From: a virus
Strand: one strand, 5' to 3'
Length of the DNA stretch: 64,000 nt
Virus record (IMG/VR): IMGVR_UViG_3300049491_000350
Coordinates: 18,751-82,750 of that record
The notes under the pieces were generated by a model. It did no database searches. It had not been told where the DNA came from and saw only the letters and a list, made by a program, of their open reading frames with translations. Positions 10,349 to 20,700 of this stretch are shown here, piece by piece (position 1 is the stretch's first letter; the number at the start of each line of letters is the position of its first letter). A program made the translations under genes and the position numbers.

Positions 10349-10897
10349 ATGGCTGTAATAAAAGTAAAAAAACTCTGGGAAGATGGTGAGTTAGTTGGCG
10401 CATGTAATATCCTTGTTGGCATGGACTGCGCTACCTTTAATATGGGTTCTTTGCGTCCTGTATGGGTGCAAAGGAAAGCTGGCTGCTGCGGAAATGGCGG
10501 CACTACCACCATCACATTCAAAAACCCAAATGATGCGAATGCCCTATCCGGCGTTTGGGTTGAATCAAACGGAAGGGGCATAGTTCTGGACGCAGTTGAT
10601 GTGGCCGCAGTAGTTGACAAATGCAACCTGTGTTGCGGTGAGGACACTACTGTTGAAGCTCAATTTGATGGAGTTATCCCTGCTATTGACGAAGGTGCGG
10701 ATGCTACATTCTGCGTTACCCGTTCTGATGACGGAAGTTATCTGGCCGTTAACCAGACTTACCTTGACTATCTTGGTAAGTACACAACAATGGTACATAA
10801 ATCAAACGCAGGCGGCGTTAGCAAATACGAAATCAAAGCCAAAGTTAAGCCAGTGGGCGTTGGTGCTGATGTCGTTGCTACCGGGGTTTGTGCATAA
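10349..10897 (+). CDS. Cys-rich putative capsid decoration/structural protein
   Basis: 182 aa, 9 Cys, beta-rich; followed by a terminator. Confidence 0.45.
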   Translation: MAVIKVKKLWEDGELVGACNILVGMDCATFNMGSLRPVWVQRKAGCCGNGGTTTITFKNPNDANALSGVWVESNGRGIVLDAVDVAAVVDKCNLCCGEDTTVEAQFDGVIPAIDEGADATFCVTRSDDGSYLAVNQTYLDYLGKYTTMVHKSNAGGVSKYEIKAKVKPVGVGADVVATGVCA

Positions 10898-10946
10898 GGT
10901 TTTAAAAAAGCCGCTCGGTAAAAACGAGTAGTATTCTCCGTTAATG

Positions 10947-10984
10947 AGGGCATTGGTCAATTTATTGCGCCAGTGCCCTTTTTT
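10947..10984 (+). terminator. Intrinsic terminator
   Basis: agggcattgg/ccagtgccct stem followed by a T-run. Confidence 0.7.
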
Positions 10985-11006
10985 ACTTTAAAATATTTTA
11001 CAACTG

Positions 11007-14000
11007 ATGGAAAATATAAAAATGATAGCCAACTCGCCCAACATAGCGCAGTTTGGATTTTCAACAACATTCAATCTTGAGAACAGGACTATTGAGTTAT
11101 CAATAGGAAGCGGCCTTACTGTTTTCAAAGGGAGCGGCGCAACTGTTACTAAAATTTATTTTGAAGTAAAAGACCCGTCCGGGCTACGCCTCGCTGTTAT
11201 AAACTATGACGAGCCTCCGCACATAGACCCAACGGTTAAAGACTTCTTTGTTATTGACCTCCCAAATGGATTTGCTCAATTCGGATACTTTTTAATAAAG
11301 GGTGTTATAAAAGATGCTGATGGAAAAGTGTACCCTGTTGAGTTCAAAAAAAATGTATGCAAGCCGAAAGGGTTTAAAAAAGATTGCGTGGCTGGCAAGT
11401 TTGACGTAGTGCCAAACTGCGACATGCCTAAAATATCTTTTTATGAAGTAACAGATTTTTCATACGGCGGAAAAAGCCCTATTGAAACTGTTAAGGATGG
11501 GGTTGTTTACTATCCAAAAGGAACGCTTGCAGATGTACCATTTTCGTTTACCCCATTTGAAATTGCTGGTAGCGGAAAAGTATATACAGGCGGATATACT
11601 GTAAGAAATAAAACAATTGCAACATACGACTTAGGCGACATGGTGTATGTTGTAGTTTCATATAAAACATCAAAAGATTTCTCTGTTGAATGCAACTCTA
11701 ATTTATGCAGGGTTCTTTGCTGCATCATGGAGCTTGAAGAAAAGTACCGCAATAACGGCGGAACAGAAATAGGCAGGGATGCAAAGCGCAAGCTGGATGA
11801 GATAAGTGTTCCGCTATACATTGCTACTGCAAGGGAGCGTTGCGGAAAATCAGCAGAAGATTATATCGCACAGATTGAAAAAATAATAGGGTGCGATTGC
11901 GGTTGCGGAAGTGAAAGCGTTGAGCCTAAGCTGTTGCTTGGTTCTGGAAGTGGGTCAACTATCAGCGTGGAAGGAGAATGCGCCACTACGGTTACGCCGC
12001 AGGTCTCTGGTGATACTATGAGGTATGTTGTTAAAACAAAATCAACTACCATAGGAGACAACAATAAAGACTTGTCTTATTATGTTACAACTGTCGCAGG
12101 GCAATGCAACACTGATTACACTCTATGGTTCAATTATCCTATCCTTGCGGAAACGATACTGAATACCATCAGGACAGACGAAGCCTTGTCAAACATATTC
12201 AACCAGATTGTAAATGCTGCATCAGGGATTGACTTATCAGGCCTTGACGGCAAGTGTATCTTAAAAGACTTTAACAAGTGCGACTATACGCTTATTGAAG
12301 TTGTTGATGGCAGGGTGATAGATATGACAGGCGTAATAATTGACGGCCAGGTTTATAACGCTGGGGCAATTTCATTCGACCAGCCAGTAGGTGCTATTAA
12401 AGAGTTCCTCTCGTCTCTTGACCTCGGAGATTTTCAAGTTACATGGGATAACAGCACAAAGTCAATCATGGTTACTTCGCATAACAACACCCATACAGTA
12501 AACGCATTGTTGCTGCATGAAGATGTTAAAGGTGGAGGGGAAAATAGCTATTCAAAAGCATTTGTAAAATCTTGTAAAACATTTGCAGATTTTCTGCAAG
12601 CTGTTATTGATTATGTATGTTCTCTTACTATTGCAAAAATAGCATTAGGGGAGAAGATGATATTGTGCAAGATTGTTGGTGGCGAATTAAAACAGATTCC
12701 ATACGAAGGAGATGTTTCATTGCTTGAATATATTAAAGGCCAGAATGAAGCCCTGTGTGCGCTGGCAACTACAATACAAACATTAAAGGGTTTGGATTGC
12801 ACGACAATGAAAACAATCTTCCCGGCAACATCAAAAAAGGTTATTGAGGGAGATGTATTGTATGGCACTAAAGAAGCTGCCTGCGCTGGCGTTACTTATA
12901 AAGAGATAGCGGATAAGATATTGCATGTGATATTCAGCGATACCGAATTGAAGGAATATTTCTGCGCTCAAATTGCTACCTGCGGACAGCCCGGTTGCAC
13001 ACCTGTAAGTAATATCAGTGTTCAGCTTATACAGGCAAATGACGAAGGGGAATTTTCTGCTGAATTTGCTGAATCATTTAACGTCATCAATGGCGGCAGT
13101 GATTTCGGAATACTTATCAATGCGTTTGGCCTTGGGGATGCTACTGCATTCACCATTGGTTACAGGCTGTATGGAAGCGGAGACCCATTTGTTTACATCG
13201 AGCCAGAGCCTACCGCATTGCCATTCCTTATCACCAATGTTCCTAACGGTAGGTATGAAATATCTATTGCTAAGAAATGCGCCAATGGGGTGTATTCTAA
13301 CCCGATATTCGGCACATCTGCTGGTTGCCCTGTACCAATATCATTTGCTGCACAGGCTGGCACAGACAACGACTTCCTTATCACGTATCAACTTGCACCG
13401 GGTCAGACTACCTATGATGTTGAACTTGTATCTCCTAATGGCGGCATAACTGTTATTGAAGGCTCTGATGGCAATTCAGCCGCAGGCATATCAATACCAG
13501 CACCAATCATACTTAATGGCGAATGGACGCTTAGGCTGCGTGGTAAATGCGTTGCTGATATTCCGAGCCTGTGGAGCGATTGGAGCAACCCTATTGGCAT
13601 CTTTGTTAACACACAGGATATTTGCCCACAAGTGTTGTCAGCCAGTTTCACTAACATAACACCAACTGGTGCGGTTATCACTGCTGCTGTTCCAAACAAT
13701 CAGCCATCAACAATAGGTTACACATTGTTATTGACCAAAGCTGGCGCAGGCCCTCTATACTATACGCAAGCTGGTTATATCTGGAATGTAAACAATCTGG
13801 AAGCGAACACTCTTTACAGCGTGTACATAGTAACTAACTGTGCAGGCGGACTGTCATCAAGCCCTAAAGTTGTTGGCTCGTTCACTACGGCAGAATCAAC
13901 TGTTGTATCAGGGGGAAGCGCATCAAACGGATTCAATCCTTCTAATGGAGCGTTTACCATTTCTGTTGATACAGATATGAAGTTGCAAATATTTAATACG

Positions 14001-14195
14001 ATGGGTCAGAATGGTGCTGCTGCAACTATTGTAATAACGGATACGGTTGGTGGAGGAACAACAACTCAATCTGTTGACAACTCTACTGCCAATCCAAAAT
14101 CTGTAACGTTTAATATGCCAGCAGGCTCTTACACATTTGTATTGTCTGTATCAATACCTTCGGGAACATCATTTGCTACATTCATACAAGCATAA
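11007..14195 (+). CDS. Large Cys-rich structural protein with C-terminal FN3/Ig-like repeats
   Basis: 1062 aa; CDCGCG; FN3-like segments (NNLEANTLYSVYIVTNC, WTLRLRGKC...WSDWS). Confidence 0.55.
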   Translation: MENIKMIANSPNIAQFGFSTTFNLENRTIELSIGSGLTVFKGSGATVTKIYFEVKDPSGLRLAVINYDEPPHIDPTVKDFFVIDLPNGFAQFGYFLIKGVIKDADGKVYPVEFKKNVCKPKGFKKDCVAGKFDVVPNCDMPKISFYEVTDFSYGGKSPIETVKDGVVYYPKGTLADVPFSFTPFEIAGSGKVYTGGYTVRNKTIATYDLGDMVYVVVSYKTSKDFSVECNSNLCRVLCCIMELEEKYRNNGGTEIGRDAKRKLDEISVPLYIATARERCGKSAEDYIAQIEKIIGCDCGCGSESVEPKLLLGSGSGSTISVEGECATTVTPQVSGDTMRYVVKTKSTTIGDNNKDLSYYVTTVAGQCNTDYTLWFNYPILAETILNTIRTDEALSNIFNQIVNAASGIDLSGLDGKCILKDFNKCDYTLIEVVDGRVIDMTGVIIDGQVYNAGAISFDQPVGAIKEFLSSLDLGDFQVTWDNSTKSIMVTSHNNTHTVNALLLHEDVKGGGENSYSKAFVKSCKTFADFLQAVIDYVCSLTIAKIALGEKMILCKIVGGELKQIPYEGDVSLLEYIKGQNEALCALATTIQTLKGLDCTTMKTIFPATSKKVIEGDVLYGTKEAACAGVTYKEIADKILHVIFSDTELKEYFCAQIATCGQPGCTPVSNISVQLIQANDEGEFSAEFAESFNVINGGSDFGILINAFGLGDATAFTIGYRLYGSGDPFVYIEPEPTALPFLITNVPNGRYEISIAKKCANGVYSNPIFGTSAGCPVPISFAAQAGTDNDFLITYQLAPGQTTYDVELVSPNGGITVIEGSDGNSAAGISIPAPIILNGEWTLRLRGKCVADIPSLWSDWSNPIGIFVNTQDICPQVLSASFTNITPTGAVITAAVPNNQPSTIGYTLLLTKAGAGPLYYTQAGYIWNVNNLEANTLYSVYIVTNCAGGLSSSPKVVGSFTTAESTVVSGGSASNGFNPSNGAFTISVDTDMKLQIFNTMGQNGAAATIVITDTVGGGTTTQSVDNSTANPKSVTFNMPAGSYTFVLSVSIPSGTSFATFIQA

Positions 14196-14202
14196 ATAAA
14201 CT

Positions 14203-14982
14203 ATGGCGCAGAAAATTATAACAATGGGTAGGGTGCTGAAATCTGTTCTTGCTTCGGCAAACAAAGAACAGAATCAGCACTATCCACCTCATATATTCAA
14301 CGAACACTTTGTACTTGTTACAAAGTGGTTGTTGGATGAGATTGCCAAGATATTCCCGACCCAACAGACAATCGTTGATTTGGCAAGGTCGTTCTTGAAA
14401 ACTGCTGACAAGCAGGTAAAGAACGGCCTTATACCATTTCCTGACGATTACAGGAATCTTCTTAGTGTAAGCATTTTTTCTTCTGATGATTTCAAGACTG
14501 CCTGCGATTGTACTAAACAAGATGGTGATGGCGATGAGTGCAGCGAATTTGAAAATGACCCAATAGCGCCTACTGACAAACAGATTGAAAGTAAAATTGC
14601 AGAGCGCAGGGCAAGAAGCAAAAGAGTTAAGATTGTAGATATAGATGAATGGGATTATCTTACGCAGCACGTCTATAAAAAACCAACGCTACAAAAGCCA
14701 ATAGCTTGTATATTTGAAGGCGAAGGAATAAGGATTTGCCCATTTGATGTACCAAGCGTTGAGGTTAGGTTCTTGAGAAATCCAAAGGATTACGTTTACA
14801 ACTATGACACACTCCCTGACGATACTTATGTGTTCAATACAGTAGGGAGTGAGGAGAGCGAATGGTTTGACAATGCGGCAACTCAATTATACAAAGGCGT
14901 TGCAACATTATACGCAATGTACGTGAAGGATACAGAGATGAGGGATTACAACATAGAGCTTAAAAATTCAGGCATTTTTTAA
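14203..14982 (+). CDS. Putative tail ring/tubular (head-tail adaptor) protein
   Basis: IPFPDDYR and VEVRFLRNPKD patterns resemble podovirus adaptor/ring proteins; position in the tail module. Confidence 0.5.
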   Translation: MAQKIITMGRVLKSVLASANKEQNQHYPPHIFNEHFVLVTKWLLDEIAKIFPTQQTIVDLARSFLKTADKQVKNGLIPFPDDYRNLLSVSIFSSDDFKTACDCTKQDGDGDECSEFENDPIAPTDKQIESKIAERRARSKRVKIVDIDEWDYLTQHVYKKPTLQKPIACIFEGEGIRICPFDVPSVEVRFLRNPKDYVYNYDTLPDDTYVFNTVGSEESEWFDNAATQLYKGVATLYAMYVKDTEMRDYNIELKNSGIF

Positions 14983-15006
14983 ACACTTTTAAAATATTTT
15001 ACAATT

Positions 15007-15243
15007 ATGAAAAAGAATCCAATCAGCTTCAACATTCAATCAGAATACCTGAAAGGAAAAGTAGAGGAGGAAGAAAAGGCAGAAGCCAAAGACGAAAGAC
15101 AAAACCTGAACATCTCTATCCGCCAGATAGAAAACGGGTGGATAATTCGTGAAAGCTGGGATGAGCCTTGCGATGACGGGTGTGGAACAAGGTGGAAGGA
15201 AAGGGAAATGTATTCAGCAACCAATCCAGTGGAGGTAAAATAA
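15007..15243 (+). CDS. Hypothetical protein
   Basis: 78-aa ORF (ISIRQIENGWII) with an A-rich upstream region. Confidence 0.55.
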   Translation: MKKNPISFNIQSEYLKGKVEEEEKAEAKDERQNLNISIRQIENGWIIRESWDEPCDDGCGTRWKEREMYSATNPVEVK

Positions 15244-15245
15244 CT

Positions 15246-15854
15246 ATGGCAACAACTATCATCATTGTCTGTGTTTGCTTTTTGCTGGCACAGGCATTGT
15301 TCATTAACGGCGTGGAAATGGCATCATCAGGAAAGACGGAGATACTGCCTGACGGAAGCCACAAGGATTCAGAGATGATTCTTTACCCTATCGCCAAAGA
15401 AGTGAACAAAACTAAAGAGCGCAATGTATTGTACACTAACGAGCGTCTTTATGCGCTGATGAACAATATCTCAAACGTGTATGCGGCTATTGACTGCAAG
15501 CCAGACAAGATAGGCATTGACCACATATACTTTGCCAGCCCGGACAAACGTGCCATATTCAGGCAACTGATTTCAAAAATCGAAAAGGATTTTAATTTGT
15601 CTGTGTCAAACGTAGAAGGCGAAGGCGACTTTTATTTTTCTATCATCGAAAAGACGCATGTGTACTCAAAGTATTTGCGTATGCCTACATTCGGCTGTAT
15701 TAAATGTATGCCGAGTTTCTGGGGAAGCCTTACCTACTGGCCTTTCATTTCAATAGCGTTCCCGTCAATAGAGTACAAGTTGCTTTTGTGGGTATGCGAT
15801 ATTGTTATACTTGTACCAATCTGTTATTTCATTCACAAGAAACTGGATAAATGA
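15246..15854 (+). CDS. Hypothetical membrane protein
   Basis: Probable start MATT at 15246; hydrophobic N- and C-terminal helices; GCIKCMPSFWG. Confidence 0.55.
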   Translation: MATTIIIVCVCFLLAQALFINGVEMASSGKTEILPDGSHKDSEMILYPIAKEVNKTKERNVLYTNERLYALMNNISNVYAAIDCKPDKIGIDHIYFASPDKRAIFRQLISKIEKDFNLSVSNVEGEGDFYFSIIEKTHVYSKYLRMPTFGCIKCMPSFWGSLTYWPFISIAFPSIEYKLLLWVCDIVILVPICYFIHKKLDK

Positions 15855-16504
15855 AAATAATCGTTATAGCCGCCGTATGTGAATCTGTTTACTACAACGG
15901 CAGGATAAAAACAGGAAGCAGGAAACTCGATATAGATGACTTTGAGCAGCTTGCAATAGCTGCTCATGGGTCTATAATGAGGAAGTTGTATTACGACCTG
16001 AAAAAGGCTGGCGGCGAAGCATTGTATTTCTCCGATTCAATTGATTACAAAACATTCAAAGTAAAAACAAGGGGCAAGGATAAATACTTTGAGATAGAAG
16101 AACAATTGGTAAACATGCCTTACGGCATGTCTATATTCGGCATATTCCCTGTTAATGAAAAAGGGGTCAGGACAGACAAGGACATCAGGTTTTTAAAAGC
16201 GCAGTATGGCCAAGACTGGCTTTACGATGGCGAAGATTTTGATGACGTTCCATTTTATATAAAGAAAGGTAAAAGGGTATGGCTATACAATTGCGACTTC
16301 TTAAAACAAGACGAGGAGGTAGAGGTAGAAGGGTTGTTTAACGAAGATGACATTGATATTCCTAATGACGTAGCCTTTGAGGTTATAAACACCATTCTCG
16401 GAACGACCTTAAAGGTTGCAGGATTCCCTATTGACCCAACCAATGACAACAATCCAAACTCTCTTGAGATAAGAAAAAAACTTGCAGACCCAGCTTCTGT
16501 ATAA
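15851..16504 (+). CDS. Putative tail ring protein
   Basis: 217 aa, ATGA-coupled, within the tail module; DIDIPNDVAFEVI-type C-terminus. Confidence 0.4.
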   Translation: MKIIVIAAVCESVYYNGRIKTGSRKLDIDDFEQLAIAAHGSIMRKLYYDLKKAGGEALYFSDSIDYKTFKVKTRGKDKYFEIEEQLVNMPYGMSIFGIFPVNEKGVRTDKDIRFLKAQYGQDWLYDGEDFDDVPFYIKKGKRVWLYNCDFLKQDEEVEVEGLFNEDDIDIPNDVAFEVINTILGTTLKVAGFPIDPTNDNNPNSLEIRKKLADPASV

Positions 16505-16522
16505 AAAATAAAATATTTTATA

Positions 16523-16705
16523 ATGGCAAAGAAAACATTTAACATTGAAGAAGAATACGCAGGACAGTCTGGACAATCTGCTGCGGAAGAACAGCCAGCA
16601 GCAGAGGAGATAACAATTTCATCTGAACAGGTTACTGAAATGAGAGCCTTGAAGGATGCAGGTGATATGGAAGGGCTGGGCAACTATATTGCTAATATCA
16701 TTTAA
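16523..16705 (+). CDS. Small acidic hypothetical protein
   Basis: 60-aa ORF preceded by the TAAAATATTTTA motif. Confidence 0.5.
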   Translation: MAKKTFNIEEEYAGQSGQSAAEEQPAAEEITISSEQVTEMRALKDAGDMEGLGNYIANII

Positions 16706-16715
16706 AACAAACACC

Positions 16716-17726
16716 ATGTCAGAAGTACCGAGCTTATCTAATATGATGAAGATGGAGGATGCCATCAAGGGCATATTGCAGCGTGAAGGCGATGCAATGG
16801 GCGTAAACCTGCTTAGGTACAGGAGCGTTGCAAAAGATGTATTCCGCACTCTGAACCTTAGCAAAATACGCCAGACAAAAAGGGTTTGGCTCACCGTTGA
16901 CAAGAGGACAAACTCTGTAAAAGTTCCTCCATACTATATGTTCTTTTCTTCCCTTACTATTCAGGATGACTGCGGACGGTGGATACCGTTAGTAATAAAT
17001 TCTAACATCGTAAGAGATGTGGTTGATATTTCACAGGACAAAAATTGCCATTGCGAATGCGGTTGTAATTCTTCTGCCTGTGGACAGATTCAAAACTACG
17101 AGCTTGTTGAGGAAAAGGTTATGGCAAAAATGCCAGACGGCACACAAAAAGAGTTTGATACATACACAAGGAAAAAAATAAATAAGGATGGCTCTATGGT
17201 AATAGAGAAGTCGTTTCCCAAAGCTATGTACGATGGAGGAGAATGGGTTGATACGGCTATTGCTGTTGAAGAAGAATTTTTGTGTAAGCTGGAAGTGAAA
17301 GAATGCGGATGCCTTAAAGAAACAAAAGGCAACATGGATAAAATACATGAGTGCTGTGGAGATGCTTTCTTTAGTGTTGAATGCGGAGGCACTTGCTGTA
17401 CCCCACAGAGCAGCCTTACATTTAACATTAGCGAAACAGGAGACAGGTTTGACTTCCCATCTGGCTTTCATTATCCAAAGGTGTTGCTGCGGTTCTTTTA
17501 TGACGCTCCGCTTAAAGAATTAATGATACCAGTTGTGGCAAAGAAGGCTATCATGCTTGGCATAAAAGCAGAGATAGCAGAGTTTGATGGAACGGAATCA
17601 TTAGGGAGGATTGATTTCTATAAAAAGTCTTACAATCAGGAGGCGGAAAAACTTCACCAGTTGCTTCAAAGGTTTTCTTTACGCAACTTCTATGAATATG
17701 TTTTAGGTCATAAAAAAATGTTGTAA
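16716..17726 (+). CDS. Putative tail ring protein (Cys-rich)
   Basis: Probable start MSEVP at 16716; VKVPPYY; CHCECGC; directly upstream of the muzzle-like gene. Confidence 0.45.
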   Translation: MSEVPSLSNMMKMEDAIKGILQREGDAMGVNLLRYRSVAKDVFRTLNLSKIRQTKRVWLTVDKRTNSVKVPPYYMFFSSLTIQDDCGRWIPLVINSNIVRDVVDISQDKNCHCECGCNSSACGQIQNYELVEEKVMAKMPDGTQKEFDTYTRKKINKDGSMVIEKSFPKAMYDGGEWVDTAIAVEEEFLCKLEVKECGCLKETKGNMDKIHECCGDAFFSVECGGTCCTPQSSLTFNISETGDRFDFPSGFHYPKVLLRFFYDAPLKELMIPVVAKKAIMLGIKAEIAEFDGTESLGRIDFYKKSYNQEAEKLHQLLQRFSLRNFYEYVLGHKKML

Positions 17727-20700
17727 ATGGGTCAGGTAATAAAAGTATTTAAACCATCGTATGTAAACACAGATGCTGATGCTATGTCATTAAAGCCTGT
17801 GGAATCTCCCTTTATAAAAGACTATACAGTTGAGGTTAATGATAACGGTGAGTTGCCTTCTAATACTGGCAATGATGTAAAGGTTGGCGGCAATATGAAT
17901 GTCGGCACACCTCTTTCTGCCAATATTAAATTATGCACCCCGGAACTGCCAGATGGATTCAATAAGATTGTTGGCTCTGGCGAATTTACAGAAACCAATG
18001 AATTATATGTTTGCTTCTACAACTCTAAGGGCAAGCATGGCGTGTACCTGATAGATGGCAATACAATGCGTTGCAGGAAAATAATATTTGACGCAAACCT
18101 CAACTTCTCTCTTGACCCGGCATTTGCCATCCCTGCACACAAGATGAGCTTGCGTGTGGTGTATGACGAACAAAATGGGGAATTGAGGAGTATTGTAGAA
18201 AAGCATTTAATCTTTACAGATAGTAACAACTGGCAACGCTGGATAAACGTGGAGGCCGCAATTAAAACAGATGGATTTAACGAGGTTCTTTTCCCATACT
18301 GGAAAACAAGGCTTCCTCATTTTGACAGGGCTGAATATATAGACTATATCACAAGGCCTCCAATGCACTGCCCATCTGTTATACCAGTTCCATTTTCGGA
18401 TACTGATAAGGGTAAGATAAATAAGCTGCTGAATGAAAGTGTTCAATTTGCTTATGACTTTATATACACAGATGGAAGGCCTACATCTGTATCTCAATAT
18501 AGCTTGCCATTCTCTGTAACATCTTCGTCCTGTAACCCTAACAGTGCGAACTTGAGCAGGTGCGTTGATATTGTCCTGTATGCAGGCTCTCCTATGGTTG
18601 AGAAGATACGTTTATATATGAGGCCTTGCGGAGGCGAATGGGTTCTGTATGATACAATAGAAAGATTCAGCACCTGTGGCGATAACGACCCGGCACTTAT
18701 TGGCAATGAATACTGGAAGCGCACAGGGCAATGGGCTGACGTTGGTTACGACCCGGTTAAGAATACAATCAAGTACAGGTGGTGCGGCGACAAAGAGTTC
18801 CAGATTGCAGATAAAGAACATTTGAAAAGGCTTCAAAACGATATGCCTATCAAATCAATTGCAATGACACCTGCTGGCGATGCAATCCTTCTATGCAACA
18901 ACCTGTATGGGTATGAGAACCTATCATGTTCTGTTACAGATAAGATTGCATTAAGCACCATACCTGATGACGCTACTGCTGGCTGTAAAGTTGACATGGT
19001 TAAAATAACTGTCTATTCGTATATGGGTAGCGGTGATTACTTCCATTCACAGGCGGTGTACAAGCGTGGTGCTGCTTCAACCAGCAGGGATTTTGGTGGG
19101 TTCTTCCTTGACTATTCAAGAAGTGGCACTACCGTTAACGAGGAGTTCTCTCTTAATCAAGGTGCAGTAGATTACTTCGGCATGAAGCTGAACAATAAAG
19201 ACGGGCATATCCTTTATCTGGCAGGCACACCTTACTATGCGATTGGCAAACAATGTATAGTAACTGCTGCTGGTGTTATAAGAGAGTTTGGTATCCCGGA
19301 CTTCAATAGCAACGAGGAGTTTAATTTTGTAAAAGCATGGGTACAAGGCGGAGGCTTTTTTGTAGAGAAATATGAGTTTACTGTACCTAAAGGAAAATAT
19401 ATAGCCCGGATGGCTGGGCATTCATCAATGCCAGATGACGATTACTCAAAGACATCTACATGGGTGATGGGAATAGCTGATAGCAGGATACGGACACAAG
19501 GCGGTGCGATTGTAAATTTCTATCAGGCTAAAAAGAGTTATAGCAAAGAGATTGAAATAGATGCAACTAACGGCAACGTTGACCTGTGGGGTACTGGCGC
19601 AGATTTATTTTATATCTTCTGCCCATATTATTTTGATAGCGGCGCATTATTCAATGTAGCTGGCGATGCTGAAAGATGGAGGTTTAATGAAGGGTATGTC
19701 AACGAGGACAATCAGAACAAGATAGGAGTAGAGCTTCTTCGCTATGGTAACAATCATGGCCAATTTTTCAGGGATGGATTTTTTACTGACCACAACGGAT
19801 TCTTTTTTGCGTTTGTCGGCAGGGGCGAAGCAAGGTATGCAGAGGTTGATTTCCGGGGTACGCTTAATTGCAAGACTACAAACAATGTTTTGTTTTCATC
19901 AAAGAATGGCTCGTCTCCCGGAGGTTTATTCAGTTGGGGTGCTGATTCTGTCTATGTAAAATACAATGCTACCATAAAGGATAACAACGCTGGTATTATA
20001 GGCGATTGCAACCGGGTACTGGTAAAGGGCAAGATAACTGATTGCGATGGCGTGAACGGGCTTGCTGGGGTCGCTGTAACCATTACCAGAGGTGCTACGG
20101 CTTACACTGGCAGCGATGGAACATTTGAGCTTATAGTGCATAACAGCTATGAGGCAATAAGGAAAGATAAGATATATGTAAATGCTGGCGGCGAATGCTT
20201 GTTTTATACATGCGACTGTAAAGCCCCGGAGCTTTACCCTTACGACAGCTCCCTATCTCCATGCGTTGCGTGTAACGTAAGGAACTACCCTACATCAATA
20301 GACGCAAAATTCAAGCTGGTAGTAGGCAGGAACAAAGCGTTGAAAGGCGGTGGCAGGTATGGCGTAGGAATGGTAGCATGGGATTTGGGCGGCAGGGGAA
20401 CATTCGTTAACAGGATAAATTATGTTGACATACCAACCTTCCTTCAAACAAATTCTTATGCTCCGCAAAAAATAAAAGCATCGTTTCCGGCTTCTCTTGG
20501 ACTGCCAAAGGGAACTGCATACGTTTCATTTTTCAGGACACCGAACCTGAATTTCAGGTCATACCTGCAATGGGTAGGAGACGGAATAAAATTCCTTGAC
20601 ACAAAGGGCGATGAGGTTACAACTAAGGGAGGTTTGATTCGTGCCAAGATTACGATTCAATCTCTTTTAGATTTCAACGTAGATAATAACTTCGCAACGA